Below, piece after piece: positions 60,101-64,000 of a stretch of DNA of 64,000 bases. Position 1 is the first letter of the stretch. The number at the start of each line of letters is the position of its first letter. The stretch is from Squalus acanthias (taxonomy: Eukaryota), in assembly GCA_030390025.1 (NCBI GenBank), contig CM059431.1, forward strand, positions 98,210,001-98,274,000, written 5' to 3'. A program made the translations under genes and the position numbers. The notes beneath the pieces were generated by a model, which was given only the letters and a program-made list of their open reading frames with translations, had not been told where the DNA came from and did no database searches.

Positions 60101-63100
60101 GTCAGTGGGAGTCAGTAACTAGGATCATCAGTGGGAGTCAGTAACTAGAATCATCAGTGGGAGTCAGTAACTAGAGTCGTCACTGGGAGTCAGTAACTAG
60201 ATTCTTCAGTGGAAGTCAGTAACTAGGATCGTCAGTGGGAGTCAGTAACTAGAATCGTCAGTGGGAGTCAGTAACTAGGATCGTCAGTGGGAGTCAGTAA
60301 CTAGAGTCGTCAGTGGGAGCCATAACTAGAATCATCAGTGGGAGTCAGTAACTAGAATCGTCAGAGGGAGTCAGTAACTAGGATCGTCAGTGGGAGTCAG
60401 TAACTAGGATCGTCAGTGGGAGTCAGTAACGAGAGTCGTCAGTGAGAGTCAGTAACTAGATTCTTCAGTGGGAGTCAGTAACTAGGATCATCAGTGGGAG
60501 TCAGTATTAGAATCATCAGTGGGAGTCAGTAACTAGAATCGTCAGTGGGAGTCAGTAACTAGTATCGTCAGTGGGAGTCAGTAACTAGAATCGTCAGTGG
60601 GAGTCAGTAACTAGATTCTTCAGTGGGAGTCAGTAACTAGTATCGTCAGTGGGAGTCAGTAACTGGAATCGTCAGTGGGAGTCAGTAACTAGAATCGTCA
60701 GTGGGAGTCAGTAACTAGAATCGTCAGTGGGAGTCAGTAACTAGGATCATCAGTGGGAGTCAGTAACTAGAATCATCAGTGGGAGTCAGTAACTAGAGTC
60801 GTCAGTGGGAGTCAGTAACTAGATTCTTCAGTGGAAGTCAGTAACTAGGATCGTCAGTGGGAGTCAGTAACTAGGATCGTCAGTGGGAGTCAGTAACTAG
60901 AGTCGTCAGTAAGAGCCATAACTAGAATCATCAGTGGGAGTCAGTAACTAGAGTCGTCAGTGAGAGTCAGTAACTAGATTCGTCAACGGGAGTCAGTAAC
61001 TAGGATCGTCAGTGGGAGTCAGTAACTAGAATCATCAGTGGCAGTCAGAAACTAGAGTCGTCAGTGGGAGTCAGTAACGAGATTCTTCAGTGAGAGTCAG
61101 TAACCAGAGTCGTCAGTGGGAGTCAGTAACTAGAATCGTCAGTGGGAGTCAGTAACTAGGATCGTCAGTGGGAGTCAGTAACTAGAATAGTCAGAGGGAG
61201 TCAGTAACTAGGATCGTCAGTGGGAGTCAGTAACTAGGATCGTCAGTGGGAGTCAGTAACTAGAATCGTCAGAGGGAGTCAGTAATTGGATCGTCAGTGG
61301 GACTCAGTAACTAGGATCGTCAGTGGGAGTCAGTAACTAGAGTCGTCAGTGACAGTCAGTAACTAGATTCTTCAGTGGGATTCAGTAACTAGGATCATCA
61401 GTGGGAGTCAGTATTAGAATCATCAGTGGGAGTCAGTAACTAGAGTTGTCATTGGGAGTCAGTAACTGGATTCTTCAGTGGGAGTCAGTAACTAGGATCG
61501 TCAGTGGGAGTCAGTAACGAGGATCGTCAGTGGGAGTCAGTAACTAGGATCGTCAGTGGGAGTCAGTAACTAGAATCGTCAGTGGGAGTCAGTAACTAGG
61601 ATCGTCAGTGGGAGTCAGTAACTAGAATCGTCAGTGGGAGTCAGTAACTAGATTCTTCAGTGGGAGTCAGTAACTAGGATCGTCAGTGGGAGTCAGTAAC
61701 TAGAGTCGTCAGTGGGAGTCAGTAACTAGATTCTTCAGTGGTAGTCAGTAACTAGATTCTTCAGTGGGAGTCATTAACTAGGATCGTCAGTGAGAGTCAG
61801 TAACTAGAATCGTCAGTGGGAGTCAGTAACTAGAATCGTCAGTGGGAGTCAGTAACTAGAATCGTCAGTGGGAGTCAGTAACTAGGATCGTCAGTGGGAG
61901 TCAGTAACTAGGATCGTCAGTGGAAGTCAGTAACTAGGATCGTCAGTGGGAGTCAGTAACTAGAATCGTCAGTGGGAGTCAGTAACTAGGATCGTCAGTG
62001 GGAGTCAGTAACTGGGATCGTCAGCGGGAGTCAGTAACTAGATTCTTCAGTGGGAGTCAGTACTAGAATCGTCAGTGGGAGTCCGTAACTAGGATTGTCA
62101 GTGGGAGTCAGTAACTAGGATCGTCATTGGGAGTCAGTAACTGGAATCGTCAGTGGGAGTCAGTAACTAGGATCGTCAGTGGGAGTCAGTAACTAGGATC
62201 GTCAGTGCGAATCAGTAACTAGGATCGTCAGTGGGAGTCAGTAACTAGGATCGTCAGTGGGAGTCAGTAACTAGATTCTTCAGTGGGAGTCAGTGACTAG
62301 ATTCGTCAGTGGGAGTCAGTAACTAGAATCGTCAGTGGGAGTCAGTAACTAGATTCTTCAGTGGGAGTCAGTAACTAGAATCGTCAGTGGGAGTCAGTAA
62401 CTAGAATCGTCAGTGGGAGTCAGTAACTAGAATCGTCAGTGGGAGTCAGTAACTAGAGTCTTCAGTGAGAGTCAGTAACTAGGATCGTCAGTGGGAGTCA
62501 GTAACTAGAATAGTCAGTGGGAGTCAGTAACTAGGATCGTCAGTGGGAGTCAGTAACAAGGATCGTCAGTGGGAGTCAGTAACTAGGATCGTCAGTGGGA
62601 GTCAGTAACTAGATTCTTCAGTGGGAGTCAGTAACTAGATTCTTCAGTGGGAGTCAGTAACTAGATTCTTCAATGAGAGTCAGTAACTTGGATCATCAGT
62701 GGGAGTCAGTAACTAGAATCACTAGTGGGAGTCAGTAACTAGAGTCGTCAGTGGGAGTCAGTAACTAGATTCTTCAGTGGGAGTCAGTAACTAGGATCGT
62801 CAGTGGGAGTCAGTAACTAGGATCGTCAGTGGGAGTCAGTAACAAGGATCGTCAGTGGGAGTCAGTAACTAGGATCGTCAGTGGGAGTCAGTAACTAGAA
62901 TCACTAGTGGGAGTCAGTAACTAGAGTCGTCAGTGGGAGTCAGTAACTAGATTCTTCAGTGGGAGTCAGTAACTAGAGTCGTCAGTGAGAGTCAGTAACT
63001 AGATTCTTCAGTAGGAGTCAGTAACTAGAATCGTCAGTGGGAGTCAGTAACTAGATTCTTCAGTCGGAGTCAGTAACTTGAATCCTCAGTGGGAGTCAGT

Positions 63101-64000
63101 AACTAGATTCTTCAGTGGGAGTCAGTAACTAGGATCGTCAGTGGGAGTCAGTAACTAGGATCGTCAGTGGGAGTCAGTAACTAGGATCGTCAGTGGGAGT
63201 CAGTAACTAGATTCTTCAGTGGGAGTCAGTAACTAGAATCGTCAGAGGGAGTCAGTGACTAGGATCGTCAGTGGAAGTCAGTAACTAGAGTCGTCAGTGA
63301 GAGTCAGTAACTAGGATCGTCAGTGGGAGTCAGTAACTAGGATCGTCAGTGGGAGTCAGTAACTTGAGTCGTCAGTGAGAGTCAGTAACTAGATTCTTCA
63401 GTGGGAGTCAGTAACTAGGATCATCAGTGGGAGTCAGTAACTAGATTCTTCAGTGGGAGTCAGTAACTAGAATCGTCAGTGGGAGTCAGTAACTAGGATC
63501 GTCAGTGGGAGTCAGTAACTAGGATCGTCAGTGGGAGTCAGTAACTAGGATCGTCAGTGGGAGTCAGTAACTAGAATCGTCAGTGGGAGTCAGTAACTAG
63601 ATTCTTCAGTGGGAGTCAGTAACTAGGATCGTCAGTGGGAGTCAGTAACTAGAATCATCAGTGGGAGTCAGTAACTAGGAACTTCAGTGGGAGTCAGTAA
63701 CTAGAATCGTCAGTGGGAGTCAGTAACTAGATTCTTCAGTGGGAGTCAGTAACTAGATTCTTCAGTGGGAGTCAGTAACTAGATTCTTCAGTGGGAGTCA
63801 GTCACTAGATTCTTCAGTGGGAGTCAATAACTAGATTCTTCGGTGGGAGTCAGTAACTAGATTATTCAGTGGGAGTCAGTAACTAGATTCTTCAGTGGGA
63901 GTCAGTAACTAGGATCGTCAGTGGGAGTCAGTAACTAGAATCGTCAGTGGGAGTCAGTAACTAGATTCTTCAGTGGGAGTCAGTAACTAGATTCTTCGGT
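24198..64000. repeat. 26-bp satellite, consensus TCAGTGGGAGTCAGTAACTAG(A/G)ATCG, ~1,530 monomers, continues past the window end
   Basis: Period 26 (AGTGGG at 24201 and 24227); uninterrupted and single orientation for ~39.8 kb; no ORFs because TAA/TAG cycle through all frames. Confidence 0.99.

Noticed and set aside
24198..64000. CRISPR-like array (constant repeat plus variable part)
   Set aside because: The variable slot is only ~6 bp from a small recurring set, there are no unique spacers or cas genes, and the context is vertebrate.
24198..64000. Satellite-encoded hammerhead: the minus strand reads CTGANGA in most monomers, with N variable
   Set aside because: No GAAA box, stem II or stem III can be formed from the monomer; treated as coincidence.

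Overview
This is eukaryotic (vertebrate) genomic DNA, most likely from a shark or other cartilaginous fish. That assignment is inferred from SacSINE1/DeuSINE-like SINEs and CR1, L2 and Penelope fragments. The first ~24.2 kb is a dense mosaic of truncated LINEs (CR1, L2, one further CR1-group LINE), two tRNA-derived SINE families, non-autonomous DNA transposons (hAT-, Tc1/pogo- and Harbinger-like MITEs with visible TIRs and TSDs) and several minisatellites. It also holds a ~680-bp palindromic Penelope-like insertion with a minimal hammerhead-ribozyme motif in each arm. The rest (24.2-64 kb, running off the window) is one 26-bp satellite of ~1,500 monomers with nested higher-order duplications (about 1.7, 4.9, 5.3, 10.4 and 23.5 kb offsets). 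No intact, recognisable protein-coding gene is present, and the long ORFs in the track are tandem-repeat artefacts. A few unique segments have canonical splice signals and may be exons of unidentified host genes, including a phase-consistent minus-strand chain with micro-exons (low confidence). All calls come from manual reading; no database search was run.
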